The position numbers were made by a program, and so were the translations under genes. 64,000 nucleotides of DNA from Escherichia phage phi92. A model generated the notes under the pieces. That model was not told the origin of the DNA and made no database searches. It saw only the letters and a list, made by a program, of their open reading frames with translations. Of the stretch, positions 1 through 9,555 are shown in pieces. The DNA lies in sequence record NC_023693.1. One strand, 5' to 3'. The stretch's first letter is position 1. Every line of letters begins with the position of its first letter.

Positions 1-904
1 TAAACGTTACTGTTGCACTTCCACCACGACTTGCTTGTTTTGATGCTCCAACACTTGTCTCCATCCATTTCAGATATGGTAAAAGACCACCGTGAACGAT
101 ACGGTTGTTCTTAACACCTTGTCCTGTGGCACGGGTTTGAAGGTTAACACCAATACCTGCATTATTCAATGTATATTCATGCGCAAGATAGTTAGCAATT
201 GCTAAAGATTCTGCTGTATCGTCTGCTCTAAACAGACAACAAGAAGCACTACCTTTAATCTTAGTACGCAAAGTTGTTAAATAAGGCGATGGTAAATTAA
301 TCTTAAGATCACTTACGTAGGTATATAGACGTTTAATGTCTTCTACTCTGCGATCTTTTGGTTGGATTTCCATTACCTTCATTGCTACACCAATGAATAA
401 AAACTGTGGTGATTCAAAAACAACATCATTGATCGCATCTTTCACAAGATACTTATCAACCATCTGGCGCAGTACGGAATAACCATAAGTTAGGTTTTTA
501 TCGTGATTGACAATTTTACCAATCTCAATAATTTCTTCTTCTGTATAATCCATTTTTCCCCAATAGCCTTTACTTACAGACATATTGTAGAAATCCAGGA
601 GGGAGGGGATATTGTGATATCCCCCATGAGCCTGTTTATAAATCATACCAAGAAGTAACCGACCTGCCATATCACTATATGCCTGATCTTTCTTATCAAT
701 ACATGCTGCTATCATAGCTTTATGTAAATCACGAGTAGGCACACCGTCGTAACAACGTTTAACAGCTTCGAGTTCAATTTCAGACCAATTTAATTTACCA
801 GCAGCAAACTCTGACCATTTACGAAGTTTTTCTGGATTAAATTCTTCTTTCTTGCCGTTTGTTTTTGTTACATAACGGATAGATTTGCTTAGATACTGAG
901 TCAC
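1..904 (-). CDS. nrdA: ribonucleotide reductase class Ia large subunit, N-terminal part (gene runs off the window start)
   Basis: Reverse-strand translation from GTG at 904 gives an ATP-cone (VTKTNGKKEEFNPEKLRKW) and blocks ESPQFLFIGVA, KINLPSPYLTTLRTKIKGSASCCLF, SRGGSATV that parallel E. coli NrdA; AGGAG RBS upstream. Not in ORF track because it is truncated by the window edge. Confidence 0.8.
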   Translation of the reverse strand, partial: MTQYLSKSIRYVTKTNGKKEEFNPEKLRKWSEFAAGKLNWSEIELEAVKRCYDGVPTRDLHKAMIAACIDKKDQAYSDMAGRLLLGMIYKQAHGGYHNIPSLLDFYNMSVSKGYWGKMDYTEEEIIEIGKIVNHDKNLTYGYSVLRQMVDKYLVKDAINDVVFESPQFLFIGVAMKVMEIQPKDRRVEDIKRLYTYVSDLKINLPSPYLTTLRTKIKGSASCCLFRADDTAESLAIANYLAHEYTLNNAGIGVNLQTRATGQGVKNNRIVHGGLLPYLKWMETSVGASKQASRGGSATVTF

Positions 905-915
905 TTCCTCTCCTA

Positions 916-1176
916 TTAATTATGCATATTTAGAACATCTACATCATAACCGCCACGCATCTCATTATATAAGCCATTTGCGTATAGAAAACCTTCAAAA
1001 TGATCTATACCTTCAAAACCTTTTGCCTTTGCTTTGCGGTCTGCTTCTTGTCTTTTTGGAGATAATCTTTTAGATGTATCAAGGATAACTGTTACATTGC
1101 AACCTAATGTTTCATCAAAATAGACTTCAATTTCACAGCCTTCATATTTATTACTTTCTGTCATTTGGCCTCTCAA
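916..1176 (-). CDS. hypothetical protein (86 aa)
   Basis: ORF tightly packed between nrdA and upstream gene on same strand; no recognisable motif. Confidence 0.4.
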   Translation of the reverse strand: MRGQMTESNKYEGCEIEVYFDETLGCNVTVILDTSKRLSPKRQEADRKAKAKGFEGIDHFEGFLYANGLYNEMRGGYDVDVLNMHN

Positions 1177-1587
1177 TTAGAATTCAGAATCATCATCTCG
1201 TGATGGATCATGTTCATTTCCGAAGTCTTCCATTTTGATATGAGAGCTACCCCAACCTGTAAAATCTTCTTCTCCAAAGTGCAAAATATCTACACCTTGA
1301 TAGATTCGCTTATATTTATAGTCCTGTCGAACTGGGAAAGTATACAATGTAGTATTTGCAAACACCACACGTCGATTGTTGTTACTACGAATATTAACAC
1401 CACGTTCTACTGTATAATGTCCATCGGTAGACATACCAAGCATTACTAATGCTGCTCGCAATGTAGTGTTATGATACTCGTGAGGAATTTTTCCTCCGTG
1501 TTTTTTAGCCATTTCTTTCCAGATCGGTGTAGCCTTAATGGTAGACATACTTACGGTCGCCCAAATGGTTGTATTAATTAGTGACAT
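1177..1587 (-). CDS. hypothetical protein (136 aa), acidic C-terminus
   Basis: ORF in co-directional array; ends DPSRDDDSEF; no recognisable family. Confidence 0.4.
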   Translation of the reverse strand: MSLINTTIWATVSMSTIKATPIWKEMAKKHGGKIPHEYHNTTLRAALVMLGMSTDGHYTVERGVNIRSNNNRRVVFANTTLYTFPVRQDYKYKRIYQGVDILHFGEEDFTGWGSSHIKMEDFGNEHDPSRDDDSEF

Positions 1588-1685
1588 AAATTCTCCTTCT
1601 CTCTTTTTAAGGAGAGCTACGCTCTCCTAACGTTAGCCTATACTACACGAATCTCAATTAAAAGTCAACTATAATTTTAAGTTGA

Positions 1686-2657
1686 TCACCATTTTGTATG
1701 GTTAGTCAAAAGTTGACGATGTTGAATCCAACCACAGAAGTTTCCACTCCACAAACGATGTTTACGATCCATATGTGTAATACCTTCTTCCCAAGAGGTA
1801 GGGAACGGAGGAATATTAATACCACCTTTCTGTTGTTTTAATCCTGACAAATCCATTTCTTTCATTGGCGTTGCCTGGTGTTCAAACGGAGATGCATGTA
1901 CCTTTTGTCCAGACAGCAAACGAGAATAGATATCCAATGCTTTATCTTTGGTATCATTCAATTTACGATAACTTACCTGAGCGCAACAAGAAGCTGAAAT
2001 AGCTTTTGCTTCATCTTCTGTCAACATTTTCTCGTTGGAGAAGGTTTCACCCAAGAAATAACGGATCATACCAGTTTCTGGATCTCGATCACGATTAACG
2101 TAAGGTGTATGCCATTCCCCTGGGAAAAGAAGATATGGTTCAGAAGATTCATACAGTTTTTTAATTTCTTTAGCAAGAGCCTCAATAGTAGGATCTGCAT
2201 CAGCATCTACGCGCAACCACAAGAAGTTTTCTAGCTCTGTAGTGGTTACTACAGTCTTCATACGCTGGAATGGTTCTAGTAGGCGGTTTGCAACCTGTTT
2301 ATGATAACCAGCAAGGGCAAACTCTTCTGCAAAACGTGCAGCACTTAGCGCAGCCAAGTCCCACCATTCTTTTGCAGTGTAACCTGCATCAATCAGGGCA
2401 TCGTGATCTGTGCCTTTATCTTGCATACCTGGTTGGTTAGCACCAAAACGATAAGGACGTGCTGGAGATTGCCGTACCATTTCAATTAGAGTTTTAACAG
2501 GGATAGCTCGACTTGATGCGGCATTACGAGAAAACAAACGATGCGTCATCAATTCAGAGTGAATGATTCGAGGATATTCAAGTTCAAAGGTAACAATATC
2601 CTTACCTTCAGATGTTTGAGAGTGTGCAATAATTTTTGCTGAAATAGAGTTTGTCAT
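1686..2657 (-). CDS. thyX: flavin-dependent thymidylate synthase ThyX
   Basis: ThyX signature HRLFSRNAASSRAIP (RHR ... SxR motif); AAGGAG RBS before ATG. Confidence 0.9.
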   Translation of the reverse strand: MTNSISAKIIAHSQTSEGKDIVTFELEYPRIIHSELMTHRLFSRNAASSRAIPVKTLIEMVRQSPARPYRFGANQPGMQDKGTDHDALIDAGYTAKEWWDLAALSAARFAEEFALAGYHKQVANRLLEPFQRMKTVVTTTELENFLWLRVDADADPTIEALAKEIKKLYESSEPYLLFPGEWHTPYVNRDRDPETGMIRYFLGETFSNEKMLTEDEAKAISASCCAQVSYRKLNDTKDKALDIYSRLLSGQKVHASPFEHQATPMKEMDLSGLKQQKGGINIPPFPTSWEEGITHMDRKHRLWSGNFCGWIQHRQLLTNHTKW

Positions 2658-2666
2658 TATTTCTCC

Positions 2667-3257
2667 TTAAGGTAGTAAAATACTTTCAATTTCTTCCCAC
2701 TGATTATCTAAACCAGTGATAATTACATTAGGAAGTTTCTTTAACTCTTCCAAGTATGGATCTTCGTAAATAGTGTTGAAATATATTTTCAACGTTTCAT
2801 CTGGAAATAGGACAAGATTTTCAGCCCTATCGTCAATAGTTACGTCGCAAGGTAATAAGTATTTTTCTTTTGTTGCGAAAAAGCCATTACCAGATGTTCT
2901 ACTAAAGTCCACTTTATCTAAAGATCGTGTTACGTGTCTATATTTAGAACTAAGGTGTCCACCCTTAGTGTGGCTTGCTATAGATATATTAGCGCCATTT
3001 GCAATTATACGATGAACAACATCTGTACTATTAGGTACTACTCCCATAGTATCATATAGATGTTGGTTATCCCAAAAAGAGTAAGGATCTACACCAAATT
3101 GCTTTTTAAAATCAGGAAAATATTTCGTAATATCATAATGCACAGTCTTTTGTGTCTTATCAAACTTGATATTAGATCTACTTACCGCATTTAACCAACT
3201 CAACCATTCTATATCGGCAGGAGCTATTACTAAATCCCAATCACATACTAGACGCAT
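2667..3257 (-). CDS. hypothetical protein, possibly HAD-like nucleotidase
   Basis: Start reassigned to internal ATG (MRLVCDWDLV) preceded by AGGAG and overlapping tk stop; hydrophobic-DxD-like N-terminal motif is weak evidence only. Confidence 0.4.
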   Translation of the reverse strand: MRLVCDWDLVIAPADIEWLSWLNAVSRSNIKFDKTQKTVHYDITKYFPDFKKQFGVDPYSFWDNQHLYDTMGVVPNSTDVVHRIIANGANISIASHTKGGHLSSKYRHVTRSLDKVDFSRTSGNGFFATKEKYLLPCDVTIDDRAENLVLFPDETLKIYFNTIYEDPYLEELKKLPNVIITGLDNQWEEIESILLP

Positions 3258-3804
3258 TATTTCTCCTGTTATAACATTTTCTACACATTGTTTCGTAAAT
3301 GTCTTCTCCTCCAATAACAATCTGTTCTTTAGAGTCGATAAGTCTAGCATTGAAAATAGCTTTTCTTCCACATTTACAAATGCTTTTCAATTCTGTAATT
3401 GAATCTGCTATGGCTAATAACCGTTCAGAACCTTCAAACAATTCTGTAGCAAAATCTGTTTTAAGCCCATAACAGAATACAGGAATATCGTAATTATCTA
3501 CCACATCTCCAAGAATGTCAACCATATCTTTAGTTAGGAATTGTGATTCGTCAACAAATACTGCATCTACTGGATTTTCTTTAAGCTGTGTATAAATTTC
3601 CAGCATATCTTCTTTTGTTTTAACTGGTTTTGCTTCCTCTTTAATACCTATCCTAGAAGCAATAGCACAACCAGATCTGGTATCTAAAGCTGAAGTTAAA
3701 AGAAGAACTTTCATATTTCTTTCTTTATAGTTCCAAGCTGTTTGTAGCAGGTGTGTGCTTTTACCACTGTTCATCGGACTGTATCGGAAATAAAGTTTAG
3801 CCAT
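3241..3804 (-). CDS. tk: thymidine kinase
   Basis: P-loop SPMNSGKSTHLLQ, VDESQF, C-terminal CxxC...CxxC zinc ribbon typical of Tdk; RBS present. Confidence 0.9.
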   Translation of the reverse strand: MAKLYFRYSPMNSGKSTHLLQTAWNYKERNMKVLLLTSALDTRSGCAIASRIGIKEEAKPVKTKEDMLEIYTQLKENPVDAVFVDESQFLTKDMVDILGDVVDNYDIPVFCYGLKTDFATELFEGSERLLAIADSITELKSICKCGRKAIFNARLIDSKEQIVIGGEDIYETMCRKCYNRRNNASSM

Positions 3805-3849
3805 ATTTTCTCCTCTAACGCTCCCATTTGTGGGAGCGATAATACTTTA

Positions 3850-4425
3850 TTATTTCTCTTCGTCAAGAAGAATTTTTACTATTTGTTTTCTTCGCTTACT
3901 TACTGTACTTTCTGGTGAAATTCCGCGCTTCGTTAGCCAATTTTTATCCTTTTTAGACTGGCATAAAGCTATCGCTTCCTTCTCCGCTTTTGCTTCCCTG
4001 AATGTCATATCGTGCTTGTCAGCGTAAGCCAGGATAGCGTTACACTGCTTACAAACTACACGCAGGTCGTCTTCTGTTACGTACAATAGGCGTAAAACAA
4101 AACTTGGGATATCTTCATAACAGGTTAATGTACCTGCTGCATTAATATGGTCTACTTGAAAGTCTTTCATACCTCCTGTATGTCCACACAATTCACACTT
4201 ACAATTCCAAACCTGTTTCGGTTTGCCTGTTTTCTTATCTAAAACTATATTTCCATCTTTATCCAACCTATCAGCTTTAAACCGTACAGATTGAATCTTT
4301 TTTATCTTATTCGGGTGTCTCACCCATGCTTTCCTTAAGCAACCCCTTAAATATGTATAAAAGGCTGCTTGAGTTTTCCAAGGTGTTCCATCTCCCCAAA
4401 TAACTTTAGGTTCTTTATTTTCCAA
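3850..4425 (-). CDS. HNH (beta-beta-alpha-Me) endonuclease-like protein
   Basis: CKCELCGH ... VDHINAAG ... CKQCN ... H arrangement typical of HNH nucleases. Confidence 0.55.
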   Translation of the reverse strand: MENKEPKVIWGDGTPWKTQAAFYTYLRGCLRKAWVRHPNKIKKIQSVRFKADRLDKDGNIVLDKKTGKPKQVWNCKCELCGHTGGMKDFQVDHINAAGTLTCYEDIPSFVLRLLYVTEDDLRVVCKQCNAILAYADKHDMTFREAKAEKEAIALCQSKKDKNWLTKRGISPESTVSKRRKQIVKILLDEEK

Positions 4426-4609
4426 TAGTGCTCACCTTTTTAGCTACATAATCTCCTGGTGGAATGTTATATTTAAAGAAAAGCATACGGTCTAAACCAG
4501 CTTTACACATGTTTTCTGGGATTGTGATTGTATATAGGAGTTTATCTCCACGCTTATTGTATATTTTATATACTTCACCCTCTCCGTATTGTTTACCGTG
4601 AGAAGCCAT
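4415..4609 (-). CDS. hypothetical protein (64 aa)
   Basis: small ORF overlapping neighbours by a few nt on same strand. Confidence 0.3.
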   Translation of the reverse strand: MASHGKQYGEGEVYKIYNKRGDKLLYTITIPENMCKAGLDRMLFFKYNIPPGDYVAKKVSTIGK

Positions 4610-4994
4610 CTACACTCTCCTTCAATGCTTCAATAGCATCTGCTGCTTCAATATACTTACCTTTGTACATTGCTTTTAAAGCCTTACGAACAAGATCATC
4701 GTCTGTGTATAAATCAATTAGCTGATTAGCTAACTCAATTTTTACAGGATTTTTTAAGTTAGGGTAGGCTTCATACAACATATTGTAATACTTATCACTT
4801 AATTCTTTTTCAATATGAATAACGTGAATCGCTTTGTTTAGGTTGATCACACGATCACCTTTGTTTCGACAAGCATACTTAGCTAACTTAGTGAAACAAG
4901 GAGTTGCACCAATTAGATATGCAAGTTCCAAAGGTTGCATACGCATACGTTTGTAGTGATCACCATCAATTTGAATATCCAGTGCTGTAGTCAT
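4593..4994 (-). CDS. hypothetical protein (133 aa)
   Basis: ORF followed by hairpin plus T-run terminator region at about 5005-5030. Confidence 0.4.
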   Translation of the reverse strand: MTTALDIQIDGDHYKRMRMQPLELAYLIGATPCFTKLAKYACRNKGDRVINLNKAIHVIHIEKELSDKYYNMLYEAYPNLKNPVKIELANQLIDLYTDDDLVRKALKAMYKGKYIEAADAIEALKESVDGFSR

Positions 4995-5004
4995 AAATCC
5001 TCCA

Positions 5005-5031
5005 AAAATAAAGGGGCTTTCGCCCCTTTTT
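5005..5031. terminator. bidirectional rho-independent terminator-like hairpin
   Basis: AGGGGC-TTTC-GCCCCT stem-loop flanked by A-run and T-run. Confidence 0.6.
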
Positions 5032-5032
5032 A

Positions 5033-5995
5033 TTAAATTCCAATAACAGTGTTTACACGCTTCTCTTTGCTACGCAAATTAACACGTCCACGAGACAGGC
5101 TATTACATGATGTGCATCTTAGCACTTGGAATGTACTAACCGCTGTTGTGTAAACCTTACCAGGAACAAATTCAAGGTGCTCTTTACCGCAACGAGGACA
5201 ACGAAGTTTTTCATCGTCATAGAATGCAGATACGTTAGGATGTTGTGGAATCCATGCACGAAGTTTGATGTAAAGATCTCTAAGAGAAACAACATCACCA
5301 TCGTTGTATGTTTGCATACGGAAGAAGGCATGTCTATCTCCTTCACAACATGCTTTCCACAAAGGAAAACCTTCATTATCAAGTTTAAAGTTTTCTGTAT
5401 CAAAATACAAACACATTTCTTTAAGCGCATTAGAAGGTAGTGCAAACTGCTTCTTAGCTGCCTTGAGTGTATCAATTACAACATAATGTGATGGTGGCTC
5501 CATACCGTGAAAAGCAAAACGTTGGTTAATATAAGCCTTATCAAACTTAATACCGTTGTGCGCGATCACAATATCTGCATCGTCAAGCAAGTGCCAGAGA
5601 TCTTGACATAATTCCCAATCATCTGTATGATCTATGTCAAACAAAGGGTAATTGCTAAGGTTCTTACCTTCTACTTCCCCTGTTTCTAAATCAGCAGATG
5701 AATAGGAAAGCAAGTAACCTCGACGAATAACTTGTTCAGGTGCAATAAAGGCTTTGAAACGTGAGAAGCTATACACAATCTCCGGTGCTGTCTCTACGTC
5801 AATAATTTTAATTACTGGCCCACCTTTATCTTGCGGAGCACCGCGATGTGGTGAATTTACACGAGCTAAGTAATCATTTACTGTGCTCTTCTTAGTAGAA
5901 CTTCCCAACACCTCTTGTGCAATCTTACGCGAAGAATAACCTTGTGCTTTCATAGATACAATCAAGGCTTTCTGTTCGTCTGTTAATTTACTCAA
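5033..5995 (-). CDS. DnaQ-like DEDD 3'-5' exonuclease with N-terminal HTH-like region and C-terminal zinc ribbon
   Basis: Exo motifs IIDVETAP, HNGIKFD, YNDGDVV; CPRCG ... CTSCN. Confidence 0.6.
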   Translation of the reverse strand: MSKLTDEQKALIVSMKAQGYSSRKIAQEVLGSSTKKSTVNDYLARVNSPHRGAPQDKGGPVIKIIDVETAPEIVYSFSRFKAFIAPEQVIRRGYLLSYSSADLETGEVEGKNLSNYPLFDIDHTDDWELCQDLWHLLDDADIVIAHNGIKFDKAYINQRFAFHGMEPPSHYVVIDTLKAAKKQFALPSNALKEMCLYFDTENFKLDNEGFPLWKACCEGDRHAFFRMQTYNDGDVVSLRDLYIKLRAWIPQHPNVSAFYDDEKLRCPRCGKEHLEFVPGKVYTTAVSTFQVLRCTSCNSLSRGRVNLRSKEKRVNTVIGI

Positions 5996-7026
5996 TGTTC
6001 CTCCTGCTCTGAAATATATGCTTGTAGCATACTTTCAAAAGTTGTTTCATCATTCGCCCAACGTTTCATATATACCAACTGAAAAATTGTCTCTATCCAT
6101 TCATCAGTTGTCATTTCTACTTCTTCACCATCCCAAGAAGTAAATTTAACGCCATCTGGGAACCATTCATAATACTGATCTTTAACTGTCTGAAAAAGTT
6201 CAGCCTGTGTTTTACATTTGGAAATAAGATTAAAGCAAGTAATATCTCCAAATTTAACATCGAAGTCTTGGTAAGGTCGAATACTATCTGTCTTATCACC
6301 CATTAGCATTTGATAAGCTAACCAGTAACTACCCCAACCCTTAACTTCTTTTTTCTTACCTTTTTCTACGATCCAGATATCACCGATAGATTCATCAATC
6401 AGAATAACACAAGGATTTTTATAAACACCATCCTCTTTATAAAAGTTAAAGAGTAAACTTGGTGTATGTAAGCTATCTTTGTCGATAGATGCTACAATAT
6501 GAGAAAACTTACCAGTTTCCTTGTAGGCTTTATACCCTGCATATCCATAGATTTCTAAAGCATCATCTGCCTCAATACCAGTAACAACGTCACCGTTATG
6601 TTTTTCAACTAGATAATCTTTAGTATCTGATAATTGGATTGGTCTTAAATCTGATCGTTCTGATTTATATTCTTTTGGCATTTTGAAAGAATGCCGGAAG
6701 GTTTTTCCTACCCCGATGACACCGCAATACTTTTGAAGTTTTAGGTGATCCACCATCTGGGTTATTTTTGTCTTTGCAGCTTGAAACGTAAAAGAAATAT
6801 TCTCTGGGACTATTTGAACATCTTTTATTTCAAAATCTTCCTTGGAGAACAACTTCTTACCAGCAGCTTCGCGTTGCGCGTTAAGTGCTCCTAACCATCC
6901 TCCAATGTTTTTTGAAGATTTACCCCAAAAATCTGTTCTTGTTTCAAACTCTTTTACATTACCGGAAGCCTTGTGTACAGCGTGGATTTTTCTTTGTTCT
7001 AAAGCTGAAGACGCTTGGAACGCCAC
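5992..7026 (-). CDS. hypothetical protein (344 aa) with P-loop-like GVIGVGKT segment
   Basis: ORF only; Walker-A-like motif may be coincidental. Confidence 0.35.
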   Translation of the reverse strand: MAFQASSALEQRKIHAVHKASGNVKEFETRTDFWGKSSKNIGGWLGALNAQREAAGKKLFSKEDFEIKDVQIVPENISFTFQAAKTKITQMVDHLKLQKYCGVIGVGKTFRHSFKMPKEYKSERSDLRPIQLSDTKDYLVEKHNGDVVTGIEADDALEIYGYAGYKAYKETGKFSHIVASIDKDSLHTPSLLFNFYKEDGVYKNPCVILIDESIGDIWIVEKGKKKEVKGWGSYWLAYQMLMGDKTDSIRPYQDFDVKFGDITCFNLISKCKTQAELFQTVKDQYYEWFPDGVKFTSWDGEEVEMTTDEWIETIFQLVYMKRWANDETTFESMLQAYISEQEEH

Positions 7027-7118
7027 TTGATCGTAGTCTATTGCAAGAATTGTGTTCTCGTCAACATATTTGTGCAGGTCTTCCGGTTGGATTAAAATGT
7101 AACCGCTAATATTACCTC

Positions 7119-7331
7119 CTATTCGTCATCTGAACTCTCTGTTGAGAATGTTCGTGTGTAGGGACACTGACGACTTGCAGAAACCTCTATAACCTTGTCG
7201 TACATACCGTTAGAGTAAAAACAGTATTTTGTACTTCCAGAAACTTGTTCTCCAGAATTAATTAAAGTTATTTGACCAGCATAAGAATAAGAACTGATTA
7301 CTAAAAGTAAACCGACAAGAAGTTTTTTCAT
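7119..7331 (-). CDS. small secreted protein with N-terminal signal peptide
   Basis: MKKLLVGLLLVISSYSYAG signal-peptide-like N-terminus, two Cys. Confidence 0.45.
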   Translation of the reverse strand: MKKLLVGLLLVISSYSYAGQITLINSGEQVSGSTKYCFYSNGMYDKVIEVSASRQCPYTRTFSTESSDDE

Positions 7332-7406
7332 TGGTGTGTCTCCTTAAAAGCCCACCTAACTAAGTAGGTAGGCATATTAACACATATTAAATTAGTAAGT
7401 CAAGTG

Positions 7407-8291
7407 TTATTTTTGAATAGTTGACTTAATAAGGTCTTGCATAATACCCCGGATTTCATTAAAGCACAGAAGGACAGATGCTTCAAAAGATCCTTCTTCA
7501 TCGTTAAAGTATTTAGGGAATTTAATACCACTCAACTTAAATTCTTTATCAACAATAAAGTTAACGAAACCGTCATATTCCAGGCCAATGGCAACAACGT
7601 GTTTACCATCTTCCATAAGTTCTACTGCACGAGATTCATAAAGGGACTCTTTACTCCATACAACCACACCTTCAGAATCTTCAAGTTTAATATAATTACC
7701 AAGGGTCAGTCGTTCAGCCTCATGTTCTTCTAAGATGGTATCAAAACCTTTAATAATGGCTTCTTCGTGTACACTAAACGGCAGGACTGGGAAAGTACCC
7801 AACACCTCACGAAGAAACACAGCAATATCTTCACTAATTTTCTTAGTACCATTAAGAACGTAGGTAATACTGTTTTCAGTGTCTACAACAACATAGTTAT
7901 AGAAATCATCTGCCTCTGTTTCTGGGAGCAGAGAAAACACGATATCAGCCTCAATTGCTTTTTTACTTTCTTTGTCCAAGAAGAACTCTTTAGTAGGATT
8001 TGCAGCAATAAACTCTTGTTCCATCTCTTGGAGTTTTTCATTAAGAATGCGTTTAACTTTTTTCTTGTTAACTTTCTTAACAGATTGCCCTACTTTAATA
8101 ACCTCTAAACCAGAGAACACTTTTACATAGGAACCATCGTCTTCAAAACGAACAAGACCAATGGTATGTGCTTGTTGACCCTGTGCCACAACAAAATCCA
8201 GCGGTTTATCTGTTACTGTGTTCAGTGCGGAAATAGACAGACCATCACCAGAAATCAGGGTTACGCAAGATTTGAAATTTTTAGCAAACAT
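7407..8291 (-). CDS. RdgC-like recombination-associated protein (tentative)
   Basis: Size about 300 aa and FPVLPFSV block resembling RdgC; weak. Confidence 0.35.
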   Translation of the reverse strand: MFAKNFKSCVTLISGDGLSISALNTVTDKPLDFVVAQGQQAHTIGLVRFEDDGSYVKVFSGLEVIKVGQSVKKVNKKKVKRILNEKLQEMEQEFIAANPTKEFFLDKESKKAIEADIVFSLLPETEADDFYNYVVVDTENSITYVLNGTKKISEDIAVFLREVLGTFPVLPFSVHEEAIIKGFDTILEEHEAERLTLGNYIKLEDSEGVVVWSKESLYESRAVELMEDGKHVVAIGLEYDGFVNFIVDKEFKLSGIKFPKYFNDEEGSFEASVLLCFNEIRGIMQDLIKSTIQK

Positions 8292-8301
8292 AGTTTTCTC
8301 C

Positions 8302-8580
8302 TCAAATAATAACTACAAAATATTTTACACCATCATATTCGACAATATGATCAGGATATTTAAATCCTTTATAAGATTTACCAAACAGACTAACAGCTTC
8401 ATTAGCTTTGTTTTGCGGATTACTCAGCCACTGTTCTTCTGTGTAAAACTTAAACTCTGTTCTCTTACCTTCTTTTTCTAAACCAACAATTTCCTGTGTG
8501 ATATCTTCAATACCTGCATTCTTCAAGGATTTGATTACCTGACGCAAACCGTGTTTAAAGATATCTTCTGCTGTTAACAT
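8302..8580 (-). CDS. hypothetical protein (92 aa)
   Basis: ORF in co-directional array. Confidence 0.4.
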   Translation of the reverse strand: MLTAEDIFKHGLRQVIKSLKNAGIEDITQEIVGLEKEGKRTEFKFYTEEQWLSNPQNKANEAVSLFGKSYKGFKYPDHIVEYDGVKYFVVII

Positions 8581-8616
8581 AATACCTCCAATAAGCCCCC
8601 GAAGGGGCTTTATTTC

Positions 8617-9339
8617 TTAAGCAATGATTGCTGCGATATTAGGTTTAACAAAGGTAGATGGTTTCATAATTTTACCTTTGTCATCAAAGAATACGTACAC
8701 CTTTTGAACTTCGTTATATACAGCATGTACCCCAGTATAAGAACCTTCTGCACGATCTTTGCTTCGCATCTCGATAGCATCGCACTCTTTTTCAAGAGCT
8801 TCAATAATATCCTTAGTTTCCCAAATAGCCAGGAGTTGCTTCTTGGTAGGATACTTGGACTCATTACTATTCAACACTTCACGCATAACCTTCTTCTCGT
8901 TATAAACAGAACGCACCAAAGTATCTCGTGCCATACGTGTAAGTGTAAGAGACATTAGGGCAAATTGCAAGTCATTTTCTACCATTTTATCAAATTCAAT
9001 GATAACATCGTAGATGTTTTCTGCCAGAACATCTCCTGTCGGCATTTCCAGAGCTTTATCAACACCTTCTTTACCAAAGAACATAAATGCCAGGTAGGAT
9101 GCTACCACAAAAATATCTGCTGCTGCATCAAGTAATTCAACGTGATCATTTTCCTGTGCTGCTGCTTGGAACTCTTTTAGTTCTTCGCGTACAAAAGAAA
9201 GTTGAGCTTCAAACATCTCTTGAGTAAATTCTGGAGTTACTCCACCGCGTGCCTTAGCATTCCAAGCAACAATTTGATCGGCAGCTTTGATAAAGAAGCT
9301 ATTGTCCACTTTTACTTGTTTGAAAAAATTCTCGATCAT
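8617..9339 (-). CDS. MazG-like nucleoside triphosphate pyrophosphohydrolase
   Basis: EELKEFQAA ... ELLDAAADIFVV resembles the MazG/HisE EExxE ... ExxD metal-binding helix pair. Confidence 0.5.
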   Translation of the reverse strand: MIENFFKQVKVDNSFFIKAADQIVAWNAKARGGVTPEFTQEMFEAQLSFVREELKEFQAAAQENDHVELLDAAADIFVVASYLAFMFFGKEGVDKALEMPTGDVLAENIYDVIIEFDKMVENDLQFALMSLTLTRMARDTLVRSVYNEKKVMREVLNSNESKYPTKKQLLAIWETKDIIEALEKECDAIEMRSKDRAEGSYTGVHAVYNEVQKVYVFFDDKGKIMKPSTFVKPNIAAIIA

Positions 9340-9348
9340 TGTTTCTCC

Positions 9349-9555
9349 TTATTTAAAATATTGTTCTAACAAAACACTAATGCGAACTACCGATTCGCCC
9401 ATATACGCCCCAGCACAGAGGAAAACAACAAATCTACAAAAATTGCAGTACCATTTGTCCACCGGAAACGAGGCTAACATTATAATTGCAATAGCAATTA
9501 ACATCATAAGAACTGTTACTAATACCATATTATCTCTTACTCTGCTGGTTCCCAA
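9349..9555 (-). CDS. small membrane protein (68 aa)
   Basis: two hydrophobic helices. Confidence 0.35.
   Translation of the reverse strand: MGTSRVRDNMVLVTVLMMLIAIAIIMLASFPVDKWYCNFCRFVVFLCAGAYMGESVVRISVLLEQYFK

Noticed and set aside
1210-1449. Plus-strand 79-aa ORF
   Set aside because: Lies wholly inside the minus-strand ORF 1177-1587 in a co-directional minus-strand gene array; shadow ORF with no RBS.
1686-3804. Group I intron or intein in thyX, tk or nrdA
   Set aside because: All three ORFs are continuous with their motifs in normal order and spacing; no unexplained insertion.
5119-5486. Three ORFs (both strands) nested in the exonuclease gene
   Set aside because: All are contained in the 320-aa DEDD exonuclease CDS, which has clear motifs; antisense or out-of-frame shadows.
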